A stretch of 64,000 nucleotides of DNA from Eledone cirrhosa (lineage: Eukaryota): positions 212,784,001 to 212,848,000 of the forward strand of contig OZ024740.1 of NCBI GenBank assembly GCA_964016885.1. Direction: 5' to 3'. The translations under genes and the position numbers were made by a program. How positions within the stretch are numbered: the first letter of the stretch is position 1; every line of letters begins with the position of its first letter. This document shows, piece by piece, positions 23,402 to 35,830 of this stretch. Under the pieces are notes generated by a model, which had not been told where the DNA came from, searched no databases, and saw only the letters and a list, made by a program, of their open reading frames with translations.

Positions 23402-24392
23402 TATCAAGGGCCTTGTTTCAGGGTGGTACCAGGGGATAAATCAAACCATATTTTGTCTCTCCCCCCCCCCCCCCCCCAACTTTTTCACAATTAAAAAACA
23501 AAGACATATCCCACTAACAAGGCATAGAGATGTTTTGAAAAAGATTATTTGTGAAGAATTTGCTAAATTATTTATTGACAACAATGATACGGGATATAAT
23601 ACATTTGGAAACTTCGAAACGACAATAAATTTACTTTATATGTTTTTATGCAAACGTCTGTTTTATTTTTTGTTTATTTGATATAATCAATTCTTTTTAA
23701 GCTTATTGTTTTATATCTGAACATCATTTGAATATTTAAATTTAATTAGCGTAAAATTTTGCTTATGTGATAGGGTGCGGGAAAGGCACCATAAGCAATA
23801 CTAACATGCTCCTTTAAGAATCAACAAATGTTGGTTTGTCCCACTTTTTTTGGCAAACGAGGCCCCTGATATATATGTATAAACATATAATACACACACA
23901 CACATACACACACACATATATATATATATATATATGTATTCTCTTCTTTTACTCTTCTTCTTCACCCACTTATTCCAGAGAGGGCCATGGGGGGTCCTCA
24001 AACACTCCTTCCAGTGGGTCATGTCAGAAGCAACCGTCTCTAACTGATCCGATTGAATCCCCAAGCGAGACCAGCCAAGCTCATCCCTCGCTAGTTACCC
24101 TCTCTCGCCTAGCCTCTTCCTCACACTTTCACTCACTCCATCTCTGCTACTCACCCTCTCTCACTTCCTCCCCTCTGACCCGTGTGAAATTCTTTTCTCG
24201 CTCACATTTCGCATGGCTTGGATGCGTCTTTCGTCTTCTCGTCAATGATTCGCCAGATCTTATGTTCACATGTATCACTGACTTGTTTTCTCATTTTTCC
24301 ACTCTTTACGTTGCCTCACCATTCTTGTTTGTTTACATGTCTCTCTTTCTCCACCCAATTCTTTTTATCCCAATAACTTATTTTAGTTATTG

Positions 24393-24463
24393 TTCGCGCT
24401 GGCCTGAGGTATCTGATCTTTAATGCGAAGAAATACCTATGATGGCCAGAAGATCACTGATGA
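24393..24463 (+). ncRNA. Structured RNA candidate: kink-turn hairpin with two pseudoknot pairings and hammerhead core elements
   Basis: TTCGCG/TGCGAA, CTGGCC/GGCCAG, GGTAT/ATACC and TGATCTT/AAGATCA pairings; CTGA opposite TATGAT (k-turn); GAAA, ATC and CTGATGA at the helix junctions. Confidence 0.55.
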
Positions 24464-24496
24464 TGGATAGTCGTGGCTTCTTGGTCTATTTTGTAA

Positions 24497-24542
<46 letters not shown>

Positions 24543-25303
24543 GTATAAGATTAGGCTTGGTTGTGTGTCTACGTACGCGCGGGTATATGTATGCGTATGT
24601 ATATATAGGTGTGTATATATGTGCATATATATATATGTATATATGGATATATATGTATGTATATCTATGGGTCCGTGTATGTGTACATGTATGCGTATAT
24701 CTGTGTATGCATGTAACGATATATGAGGGTGTGAATATATGCATGTGTAAGTGTGTGAGAACACGCGTGAGTGTACACGCGCGTGTGTGTGTGTGTATAT
24801 GTCCCCACAGATAAGCATGTGATCAGGAGCTCGGAATGTCTGTATATGTGTGAGCGCACGTGTGTATGGTTGTGTATGTGTCGGGCGACGGGCAAGCTAG
24901 GGACTGGCAAGGCAGATCATAACCCCTCGCCCACCTAGCAGTAATTTTGGCGACAGAGTTAAGGTGAGTGACAGCTCACGCCTAAATGGGAATGGTCAGT
25001 GGGCAGTTTGGAATGGTCAAACATACAGATGACGTCTCTAACCGGATGATGGCAGATGATAGAAATTCTAAGGGTCGGAGTTCAACAGACGTATCTGAGG
25101 AACTTGCGAATCCAGAGTCAGGTTCGATCCACAAATAGATCACACCTCGAGCTAATCGCCGGACAAACAATTATAATACCTTAATAAATTGTGTTTCGAT
25201 GCATCACTGATTCTTCATTTTCCATATTATTATACTCTACTCCAAAGGAGCATAGAGTGCTCAACTGGCATACCGCCTATGGATGCCTCCAAGCAACCTT
25301 ACT

Positions 25304-25362
<59 letters not shown>

Positions 25363-25394
25363 TAAATGGAAACTATATTTATAAAACCATATTA

Positions 25395-25459
25395 ATTTTA
25401 TTATATATATTTCAAGGGAAACCAAGGCAAATTATGGTGCGCTTTCATCAGATAAAATA
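25395..25459 (-). ncRNA. Minimal hammerhead ribozyme motif
   Basis: Reverse complement of 25644-25709. Confidence 0.75.
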
Positions 25460-25643
25460 CAAATTTGTTTTATGAATAAATATTGACATACCCGGCAAAC
25501 AGACAACCTTAACGGTTGGAGCTTCCTGGATAGCTATCCAGGAAGCTATCCAGAAGCTATCCAGGAAGCTATCCAGGAAGCTCCAACCGTTAAGGTTGTC
25601 TTTTTTTCTGGGTATGTCAATATTTATTCATAAAACAAATTTG

Positions 25644-25709
25644 TATTTTATCTGATGAAAGCGCACCATAATTTGCCTTGGTTTCCCTTGAAATATATAT
25701 AATAAAATA
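25644..25709 (+). ncRNA. Minimal hammerhead ribozyme motif
   Basis: TATTTTAT-CTGATGA-AAG..ACCA..TGGT..CTT-GAAA-TATATA-TA-ATAAAATA. Confidence 0.78.
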
Positions 25710-25841
25710 AATATGGTTTTATAAATATAGTTTCCATTTATTAATATATTGTGTATTTACTCCACTACTGTTGAGTGCTTTATATCAGTTATAAAAACTT
25801 TTAAGCTTGTTGAATCCCAACAAATTAAATATAACCTCTGC

Positions 25842-25917
<76 letters not shown>

Positions 25918-26118
25918 TATTAAATTAACAATGAAAATAAATTATTAATTTAATACCTAATATCAGACTCTGTATCTAAAGAATTAACTCACCGATCACA
26001 GAACCTCACTAATGTTAGTTCTTACTGGGTTACATTGAGTTCTATCTACGGTACGGACCCTACTACCAGAGGTAGACCACACTGAAAAAGGAACCAAATA
26101 TATATGTGCGTGTGTGTG

Positions 26119-26188
<70 letters not shown>

Positions 26189-26224
26189 AATACTGTTGGC
26201 TTCTTGCTACAATACTTACTATAC

Positions 26225-26258
<34 letters not shown>

Positions 26259-26719
26259 CTACATACATACATATATATATATACATACATGTACGTATGT
26301 GTATAACTATACATTTATATATTTGTAAATATGCATGCATTTATATTTAAGTGTGTGTATATGTGACATGATTTATGTTTTTTTTGTATGTATAAGTATA
26401 TACCAACACCTTTCATCCTCAGTGTTTCTTTTTTTTTGTCATTTCTGTTGAAGTTGTTCTTGTAATAGTTGACGTGGTCCTTATTTTCATTTTCTTTGAT
26501 TTCTTTCGTTTTTCTTTTATCTCCATAGGGAATTCGTTGACAAGCTTCTTTTATTTATTTTCTTCGTTTTCTTCATTCAAATGCATTCACACTGGCTGTC
26601 TCAGAGACGTACAAATATGGCTTATAAAATTTACAAAAGTAAAGAGCCTTCCAGCGCCCCCAAATCTTCAAACGCCTCCCTAACGCCCCCTTGCTCCAAA
26701 ACGCCCCCTGGAGCTCTGA

Positions 26720-27050
26720 AACGCCCTCCGCTGAGAACCTTTGATCTAGGAGTTGACTTACAGAACTCAATAGACGCTGCATGCTGGTCAACTGCCCCAT
26801 CAATAACACAGACATATGTCATGAAGCATACGTCGTATAGGGATTACAGTGTGATACATGTGACAACTTCTATATAGGTATCACCACCAGGCACATACAC
26901 ATCATGATTAAGGAACACTTTAACACTAACGCTTCCTCATTCAAGAAACACTTAGAGAAATACAAAAACACCACCAAAAGAATAACAGTTAAGGTTGAAA
27001 CAAAAGAAAGAAACCTCGGCAATCTCAGAATTAAGGAAGCATTAAATCAT
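26720..27050 (+). pseudogene. PLE GIY-YIG endonuclease remnant
   Basis: CDNFYIGITTRHIHIMIKEHFNTNASSFKKHL...ERNLGNLRIKEAL; same family as 12359-12600. Confidence 0.7.
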
Positions 27051-27600
27051 AGCCAGAACACACTCTATCACCACCACCACTACCACCACCAACACCACCA
27101 CCACCACCACCATATCCCCACTACCACCACCACCACTACCATCCATGTATATAAATGTGTGTATATACATAATTTGTGTGTGTATGAAATCTCCCTCTTT
27201 TACCGACGTTTATAGTCATCGAATACTTACCACTATCTTTGTTACTTAAGAAAACAAGTAATCCAGAAATTTTACACAAGTTCATATCTGGTATTTGGCG
27301 AAGAGGTGGTGGGGGTATGTTGCTTTTGTTGTTTTTGTTACCATTATTATTATTATTTCTTTGCATATATATATAAAATAAACGAAAGAAAATAGTATTA
27401 TGGTTGCTATCACAAAAACTACATCCACACTGTCTTTGTCATTCACTTCTTTCAGTTCACAAACGAGAAGAACGAATGAGGTTCATTTGTTTTGTATTTA
27501 TTTAAACATCTATCTTAAAAGAAACAAAAAACTCCTCCATTTGTTATCTTTCTTTTTTCCATATTGCATTTCAGGTTAGTTTGGTTTTATTTATGTTTCT

Positions 27601-27672
27601 AAATAAACGAAGAGAAAGCACGAGGAATATTTATGTTTCTAAATATTCCTCGTGTTTTCTCTTCGTTTATTT
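27601..27672. repeat. 72-nt hairpin with 33-bp arms
   Basis: AAATAAACGAAGAGAAAGCACGAGGAATATTTA-TGTTTC-TAAATATTCCTCGTGTTTTCTCTTCGTTTATTT. Confidence 0.85.
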
Positions 27673-29267
27673 CCTCTCTTTTCTGCTGTTAGAATGTAAA
27701 AACAAGACAATAGTTGATGTCTTAAGAAACAGTCTTAGTATGAAAACTGTTTCAAGTGATTACCACCGTATAGTACGAAGTGTAAGCACTTAACTTGAGT
27801 ACATGAAACATGTCTAGGGACTGTTGACAATAATAGACTAGAACTAAGCACAAAATACCTAACATAGAACTAGGCACATAACACCGAACTTAGAAGGCCA
27901 CTGGACTCTATACATAAGGACACACATGGGCCCACTTACGAGCACATTATCCATCCGGGAGAAATCGTGTGTTTACATGTGTTTACATGATTCCATCCAT
28001 GCGTGTTTACGTATTTGCGTTCGTGCTTACACACACACATGTATGCATGCACGGGTATGTCAGCGTGTATTAATATATATGCATCTAAGCGGATTTAAAG
28101 TGAAACAACTCTGTGCTCATTGGACCTGTCCAGATCTTAACTTTAAAACAAAAGAAGTTGGAAAAAAAGACCACTTCCAGCCAGCATGGTATAGCAAGCC
28201 ACACCCCATACTGGAATAGTTCCTTTATTTTTCTCCGAAAAAGAATTATTAATCTCGAAATACCAGGACATATGAATAAATTAAGGTAAAAAAACAAGCC
28301 CTGTTTCTTACCATTTAATTTTTCTACAGGTGAAGTTGTCTTTCACTGTAAAAGTTTAGCCATCTTTAAATTTTTCCTTCAATTAAGTATAGGCAAGTGC
28401 CACAGTTTATTCTTCCGCATTTTGTTACCGTAGGGTTGGAGATTTGTTTGTCTGTATTTGTTTATATACATAAAAAGAAGCATTCGCCTACTTTATGGTA
28501 AAGTCTACATAAACCAGCATCTAATTCCAGGGTGACATCAAGAAGGTTAACAACTTTGGTAATTTTATCAACAGTTATACACGTCTTTCGAGTGCTACAG
28601 AGGACTTTGCCCAACTCTTAAACGGCTGTCATGGTTTGTGCTGGGACTACTTTACGCATACAGGACCAGATTTGGGATCTTCTTATCGTTTGTGGGTACA
28701 AGATAAGTAATAAGGGGTTCATGAACACCACTGCTTCAATACACAACACTCAAAATGTCTGCATCTTGAGTTCGCGAGAACAAGCTGACATTTAGAATAT
28801 ATCTTTAAAACAGCACTGATGAAAAGACAAGCATTATACACTTTTAACTTTGTCTCATTTATATGGTACTTGTAACGGGTTCATGTTTCACATGAGTAAA
28901 GAAGAGAAGTTGGTTAATTATAGGTACGATATTTCTTATTTATTTAACCGTATGATTTCATATTTGAACTAGACATATGACTCAAAAGTCCTAAAAAATT
29001 CAGTTGTCTTCTGAAGCCGTAGAGATACTTTTTCAGTTAAAAGGTAAGAATAGCTGAATATGCTGCCTAGGTGGACAAAGATTTCTGACTCACGGTTCTG
29101 TTCCTTCAATTACGACATATAGGTTTACATATGTGTTGCTTGGGTAGGTGGGCAGATTATAGCGGCCTGGGGTAGACGGACAGATGCATGTAAAAGGATT
29201 CGGCGATGCTCATAACGTATTCAGTCGTGAAGGGGAAATCAAGAAAAGTAATGTAAAGAACCAAGTG

Positions 29268-29299
<32 letters not shown>

Positions 29300-29479
29300 T
29301 GTATGTATGTATGTATGTATGTATGTATGTATGTATGTATGTATGTATGTATGTGTGTATGCATGTATGTATGTATGTTCTTTCTCTCTTAATTTCGAGT
29401 ACATTTTGACCTGGTGGCAATGTTGTAAAAGAAAAGAAATTGTTATCCCTTGAATAGCAAGAATGTTTTTCAAATTTTG

Positions 29480-30007
29480 AAGATGCCAGATATCGCGGTC
29501 ATTTGTAGTCTATGAATTAGGGAGCCGCGCTCTTTGTCCATTTGAAGGCTAAGATCTTTGATACTTACATCCTACCAGTTGTGTTATATGGTCTTGACTG
29601 TGTTAATTGGACGACAAGATCACTTCAGAAGCTCTCTACATTCCAGAACCACATCATGAGACTTATTACTGGCAAGCAGCTCACCAACCGTATCTGTATC
29701 AGTGAGCTGCTCAACATTACCAAACTTAGATCAATTACATCGATTATCAAGTCAAGAGTGCTCAAACTATACGGTCATATAAAAAGATCAACTCATAGTG
29801 TGAGTAGGTTATACCTGGAAGGAAGGTTGGCTGGTAAGAGAAACAAAGGCCGGGAGCCAAAACCATGGCTTGATAATGTTGAATTATGGACTGGACTTGA
29901 TCTTTGCTCTTTAAACTCTGCTGTTGGTGATCTAACTTTGTGGAGAAAAATATCTCATGTTGATGCGCAGTCTGCAACTGGCAGAGTTTAGCGTCACAAG
30001 AAGAAGC
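29480..30007 (+). mobile_element. RTE-clade LINE 3' fragment
   Basis: KAKIFDTYILPVVLYG...LSTFQNHIMRLITG...RVLKLYGHIKR...LEGRLAGKRNKGR..KPWLDNV, with a short AAG tail. Confidence 0.85.
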
Positions 30008-30009
30008 TC

Positions 30010-30660
30010 TTTGTTCACAAATCTAAGTTCAGTCATACTTTGGTCAAAGCAAGTTGGTATATAACCTGTAGCTCCAAAAATGATGGGTATGAAGCTGAAG
30101 ATGTATCTTGGATACTGGATCTACAAACTTTTCATCAATGGTCCCTTGATGTCCTCCTTCTCCTGTATTTTTCTTACAACGTTGACATCAAGTGGGCAGT
30201 TGATCTCTACAACAGATCACGTTTTCAATGTGTGGTCCCAAACAACAATATCAGGCCGGTTGTGCTTTAATTTGGTGACAGTTTTTATTTTCAGGTTACA
30301 CCAGTATTCCTTAGTGCCATCTATCTCAACATATTCCTCCTTATTTGTTTCTAATTTTGTTTTCCTTAGTGCGTTTTAGATGGTTCTAGCTATCACATCA
30401 CATCTCACAGGGAGGTATTAACGAGACGACATTCTTTCACAGTTGGCAACAATATAGTTAACACTTTCGGTCTTTGTTTTACATAGCCTTCATTTTTTGT
30501 CGACTGATGGCCCTCCACTTTTGTATAGTAGATATTTAGTAGGGATTTCTTGTTCCTTTATTGCATAGAGATATCCTTCAAGGGGGGATGTTATAATCTT
30601 GTCGGAACTCCATGCCAGGCATTTTGAATGATTTATAGTCTGTGCTTTTCGTCTGAGGTG
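30010..30660 (-). mobile_element. R4/Dong-like (RLE) LINE C-terminal remnant
   Basis: LEGYLYAIKEQEIPTKYL, a CCHC remnant (ESVNYIVANC), RPDIVVWD and VEINCPLDVNV..KIQEKE; degenerate. Confidence 0.75.
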
Positions 30661-30797
30661 CCAATGCTCAACTTTCTCTGTTAAGTGATCCATATTAAAA
30701 TAGGATCTACCAATGTTCCTGGGTGAGAGATTTATATCAGGCCTTATTCCATGTCTCTCCTCCAGATCAATGGCTATCCTAATGATATTATTACCTT

Positions 30798-30980
30798 GGT
30801 GGATTGGCAGTATCAGTAGAGCGTCAGAGTTGCAGCATAGAATTATGTCCCTTTACGCCCTGAGTTCAAATCCCGCCGAGGTTTGCTTTGCCTTTCATCC
30901 TTACGGGGTCGATAAAATAAAGCACCAGTAATGTACTGGGATAATTTCTGGCCTTGTGCCAAAAGTAGAAACAATTATTA
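30798..30980 (+). mobile_element. tRNA-derived SINE with Nin/Deu-like central domain
   Basis: A-box-like TGGCAGTATCAGTAGAG, B box GAGTTCAAATCCC, core GCCTTTCATCCTTACGGGGTCGATAAAATAAAG.ACCAG, ATTATTA tail. Several copies in the window. Confidence 0.85.
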
Positions 30981-31399
30981 CCTTCATGCGCATAAACCTG
31001 TGCAAGATGGTTGCTGACCTTTTTCTTCTGTTGAAGATGTTGCTTCAGTGTTACTATCCGGGTCTCGTATGATGTTAATATGATGTTAATACATATGATT
31101 GTTCTTCTGGTTTTATAATTTCACAAATTTTTCCCAATAGAGAGAGAGTCGGTTTCTAACATAGACACAAGACTCTCTCATAGGAATTTACACAACATCA
31201 ACTAGGTAGATATGTATGTATGCATGTGTAGATATGGATGTCATTGTATGTGTGGATGTGTATGTTTTGAGTTGTATGTGTGCATGTGTATATGCTTTGT
31301 ATATGTACATGTGTATATGCAGTTATTAGATGCAAAATATTTGGAATGTTTTACATATTTTTACTGTTCCATTAATGGATTGTACTTGTAATTTCCTAA

Positions 31400-32480
31400 C
31401 TAGTTGTGTTCTTTCTGTTCCTGTGAAGCCTAGCTTTTTTTTCTCAAGATTTGTATTGAGGCAGTTACTAACATACCCCCAGTGCCCCAATAATCACAGG
31501 CATAAATCTGAAGGTGTAATCAGGGTGGAGTATCTACAGATTTCTCATCAGTTCTGCATAAATATTCTCCTTTTCGCTAATCTTTGATATTATATTGGCA
31601 TTTGCTGGGCAGCTAATTTCCACTACTGTGCATCCTTTCTTTTCCCTGTCGCATATCATAATATCTGGTCTGTTATGCCTGCATTTTATTGGGGTTTTTA
31701 CTGGAACATTCCACCAGTACTCTTTCATATTATGTATATGGATGTCTTCCACATTGCTGTAGCTTTTGATGTGTATCTTTTCTACGGATTGCATTGTACA
31801 GTGTTTTGGCCACTACATCATGTCTCATAGGTAGATAGTACCGCGATGACATCTTTGAACAGCTGCTGATGACATGGGTGACATCTTCGATGTTAATTCT
31901 GTAGAGTCTGCACTTGTTATCACATCAAGGTGTTTTGCCTGCATCCCTATCTCTTTTGTGAATCAGGTATTTCATGCTAATCTCCAGTTCCTGGATTGCA
32001 AAAGCGTATCCTTCAAAGTGGGAGCCAATATAGCGGTTGTTGGTCCAAGATAGACTACTTTCCTTATCTATACTACTCTCACTCTGGAGCTTCCTGGCAA
32101 CATATCCATGCATGATTTTTTGCTGATAGGTATGCAGTTTTTCATCCATGGATTCACTGCGATATTGCTGAGCGATTTCCCTAGGTGTGAGTTTTTGATT
32201 ATCACACAGGGAATATCTCTCGAGGAGTTCCTTCCCAACTCTCATGATCTTATCTGTTTCATACAAATAGACTTGCTCGAGAGACGGGCTCCTACGCTTC
32301 GAGGTTCGTAGATGTCGGAAGGATATGATACGACATTCAAATGCTGTCTGGACTAATGTTAGGCCTCTGCCTCCCTGCTTACGTTTCAAGTAAAGGTGGT
32401 CTATGTCACTGTTGATGTGGAAGTTTCCGGTGTTGTTTAGTATTTTTCGAGTTCTAACATCAACTGCTCGGATTTCGTCT
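31400..32480 (-). mobile_element. R4/Dong-like (RLE) LINE 3' fragment
   Basis: LYLKRKQGGRGL, KIMHG, FEGYAFAIQE, CRLY..NIEDVTHVISSC, RHDVVA, HNRPDIM, VVEISCP...EKENIYAEL, IIGALG. Confidence 0.85.
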
Positions 32481-32719
32481 ATGTATGTATGTATGTATGT
32501 ATGTATGTATGTTCTGGCTTTATAATTTCACCAATTTTTGCCAATAAAGAAAGAGAGTCGGTTTCTAACATAGTTACAAGACTCTCTCATTGGAATTTAC
32601 ACATCCACTTGGTAGATATGTATGTATGTCTGCATGCATGCAGACATACATACATGTACATACATACATAATACAAAGAAGGCATGCACTACTGTGCATG
32701 CCTTCTTTGTATTATGTAT

Positions 32720-35700
32720 GTACAACCTGTACAACCTGTCACATGGTCGGGTCGTCGGCGAATAAACCGGCAACCCCCATCAAGTCTACTTGGTGAGGAG
32801 GGTGGTTTTGGACACCCTGCAGGACAAAAACCAAAACCTGACAAAGGGCGGAAGAACCCATAAGAGTCAACGGCCATCCCAAAATGTGTAAATATGTATA
32901 TACATGTATGCATGTATATATATATATGTGTATATATATACATGTATATACATGTATGCATGTGTATGTATATGCACGGGGACATAGAAATAATCGGTCT
33001 GGATACCCGATCGCGCGGTTAAACCACTGGGAGTGAAGGACCCCTAGCCTTTGTCAGGGCATTCTTCTAAGAGAAGGAAACTCAGGAAACTGGGATATCT
33101 CCGATATAAAACCTGCGACTCAGTAGTTATCGATGATGTTGATATTTTCTTTTTTTCTGGTTATAGCTACTGTCGCTCAGAGAGTGGAATTGGCTCAGTG
33201 CACAGTCTTTCCTCACTTTAAAAAAATATTCACGCACAAGCATTGCACGATAGCATTAATTGATAATTATTTATAATGTTATGTCGTGCAATGGCCATAC
33301 TCGATAACGAGGGGGGCAGCCATCATGTTTGTATGTATGTGTGTATGTATGTTGAAGAGAGTGGCCCACATGATTGGAAAGATATACTAATGTCGGTTTT
33401 CTATAAAGGCAAAGGTGGAAAGGACGACTGTAGCAATTGCCGTGGGATATCCATTCTATCTGTTGTAGGCAAGGTTTAATGTAGGATCATACTAGACAGA
33501 CTCCTTGACAACATCGCTGATGAAAGCCTTCCTGAATCTCAGTGTGGCCTTAGAAATGGTGGGGGACATGATTTTTATGGTGAGACAGCTGCAGGAGAAA
33601 TGTATTCAGTAGAAGCTGGACATGTATCAGGTATGTATCGATATGATAAAGGCTTTTGATACAGTGAATAGAGTTTCCCCGTGAAAAATTCTCAGGAAGA
33701 TCGGGTGTCCTGATAAATTTGTATCTGTGTTGAGAGGTTTCCATGATGGAATGAAGGCAAGTTTTGATGTGGGTTGTAAGCTCTCTGTTCTCATTATGGT
33801 TGAAAAGGCAAAGGGATATTGTACTTTGGTATGGTTTTCTTTATGGTTTCGAAGCTTGCCCACATGGGGTCTACATTAAATATCGAACAACAGTTAAAAT
33901 GTTCAATGTCAGAAGGTTTGCTGCTAGAACAAAGATATTTATATCGCTGACATCTCATGGATTCTTTTTCGAAAGCATTCAATGCTTTGGGCCTAACAAT
34001 CAGTCTGAAAAAGACTGTGGTGTTGTACCAACTGCATCCCTGCAAAGCTTACTCTACACCAAATATATAAGTCTATGACCATAATTTGAAAGCCGTGGAT
34101 AAGTTTGTATATCTAGACAGCACTGAATATGACCAATACTCTGGATTAAGAAATTTCTCTCCGAATCAAGAAGGCAAGTGATTCATTTTGAAAACTGGAT
34201 GGACGTCTATGGTCTCAGCATGGTATTTCCATTGAGACAGAATTAAAAGTGTGCTCGTAAAGGCCTCGAGTCTGTTTTGTTTAAGTATTTTGGCATGCAG
34301 GGTGATTTAACCTGTAAAGAATATGGCAGGTTTTGTCTAAGTAGGATGGGTTTTGGAAGTCATCTGAGAAGCCACGTACATGGGGACACTGTCAACTGTG
34401 CATTGTATGACATTTCTGTTTGTGGGGGTGGTAAAGAGCGTACTTCATTGAAGGTACACCGAAACAGAACTGTAAAACTTACTGAGAGAGGGCCCCATTG
34501 TTGCAGTGTCTGTGCAAGAGTGTACAAGTCCCTAGCAAGACTAAAAAGCCACATCTGTGCTGTTCATGCTTAGGTGTCAAGCGATAGTATTACTCGAAAT
34601 CGAGTTGTAACCATCATCATGTATGTATGTATGTATTTATGGTGAGACAGCTGCAGGAGAAATGTATTCAGTAGAAGCTGGACATATATCAGGTATGTAT
34701 CGATATGACAAAGGCTTTTGATACAGTGAATAGAGTTTCCCCGTGAAAAATTCTCAGGAAGATCGGGTGTCCTGATAAATTTGTCTCTGTGTTGAGAGGT
34801 TTCCATGTCAGGTCACCAGTTGGTGCTACTGGTAACATGTATCCAAGTACAACCTGTCTCATGGTCGGGTCGTTGGCGACTAAACTGACAACCCACCAAG
34901 GTTTCTTGGTGAGGAGGGTGACTTTGGACATCCTGCAGGACTAAAAACAAAACCTGTCAAAGGGCAAAGGAGCTTTTAAGAATCAATGGCCATCCAAAAT
35001 CACCGGGAGAGATAACCCCTTAGCCTTTGTCAAGGCAGAATTCTAGTAGAAGGAAAACTCTGATATAACACCTGCAACCCTGATGGTATCCAATGATGTT
35101 GACTTGTTCTTCTTTTTGGTAAATATCATCTTGGTTAAGAGAGTGGGACTGGCTTTGTGCAGTGCCTTTGCTAACTATAAAAGCTTCACGGCACAGGCAT
35201 TGCTTTATATCTGGAGATCTCTCTGACGACTCACATGGTACCATGGGCCCAGCACTATGTGTCAATAACTGTCACAAGTGTAGTGTTTGTACCAGAATTT
35301 TCAGTCGCTGGCTGGACTAAAACGTCACACTCGTTCAGCGCATCGGTAGGGTTTCTCCTACATGGATATAAAGTAGTGGCCGTACTCGAAAACGAGTTCG
35401 CAACCACCATGTATTTATGTATGTATGCATGTATGCATGTATGTATGTTTGTTTGTAACCCAGTACAACCTGTGTCATGGTCGGGTCGTCGGTGACTAAA
35501 CCGGCAAGCCGGAACAAGCTTGCTTGGTAAGGAGGGTGATATTTGGACACCCCGCGGGATGAAATACAAGACCCAGCAAAGGGCGGAGGAACTCAGCAGA
35601 GTCAACGGCCATCCAAATAGCACAATTTTCTTTTCACCTGGGAATGAAAGACCCCCAGTTGTTGTCATAGCACCTTTCTAGGAGAAGAAAACTGAAAAAA

Positions 35701-35830
35701 CCTGCGGCTTCGGAAGCATCCGATGATGTTGACCAGTTCTCCTTTTCGGGTAGTGTTTTCGATGCTCAGAGAGTGGGATTGGTCGAGTGCAAGGCCTTTC
35801 CCCACTTAAAAAACCTTCAAAGTACAGGCA
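32720..35830 (+). mobile_element. Tandem cluster of RTE-family pieces: three copies of a ~400-bp 5' UTR, a decayed RT fragment (33351-34250, partly duplicated at 34638-34807) and three 3' ends with (ATGT)n tails
   Basis: DWKD...YKGKGGKDDCSNCRGISILSVVGKV, LPESQCG.R, IDMIKAFDTVNR, FGLTISLKKT. The 3' hairpin ACTCG-NNNN-CGAG followed by (ATGT)n occurs at ~33299, ~34592 and ~35383. Confidence 0.85.
34803..34888 (+). ncRNA. HDV-like ribozyme candidate in the RTE 5' UTR (partial copies at 32729-32770 and 35459-35504)
   Basis: Order P1a (CCATG) - J1/2 hairpin - P2a (CAGT/AAGT) - P3/L3 with CC - P1b (CATGGTC) - GG - P4 (TCG..CGA) - CTAA - P2b (ACTG). L3 is shorter than canonical. Confidence 0.55.

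Larger units (their letters stand above)
25354..25749. mobile_element. Fold-back PLE pseudo-LTR pair, axis 25533/25534
   Basis: Arms of ~180 bp are reverse complements and each carries a hammerhead. Related to the pseudo-LTRs at 14.4 kb and 19.8 kb (shared TTTCCATTTATTAATAT-like tail). Confidence 0.85.

Noticed and set aside
23836-24423. 195-aa ORF
   Set aside because: Built from microsatellite and pyrimidine-rich pseudo-LTR-like sequence, with no recognisable domain.
24380-24465. Box C/D snoRNA or SECIS reading of the k-turn motif
   Set aside because: No convincing upstream C box or terminal stem, and no rRNA or snRNA complementarity that I can recognise. Strand order and helix length do not fit a SECIS.
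30798-30880. tRNA gene
   Set aside because: The A/B boxes belong to a SINE head; there is no cloverleaf and it continues into the SINE core.
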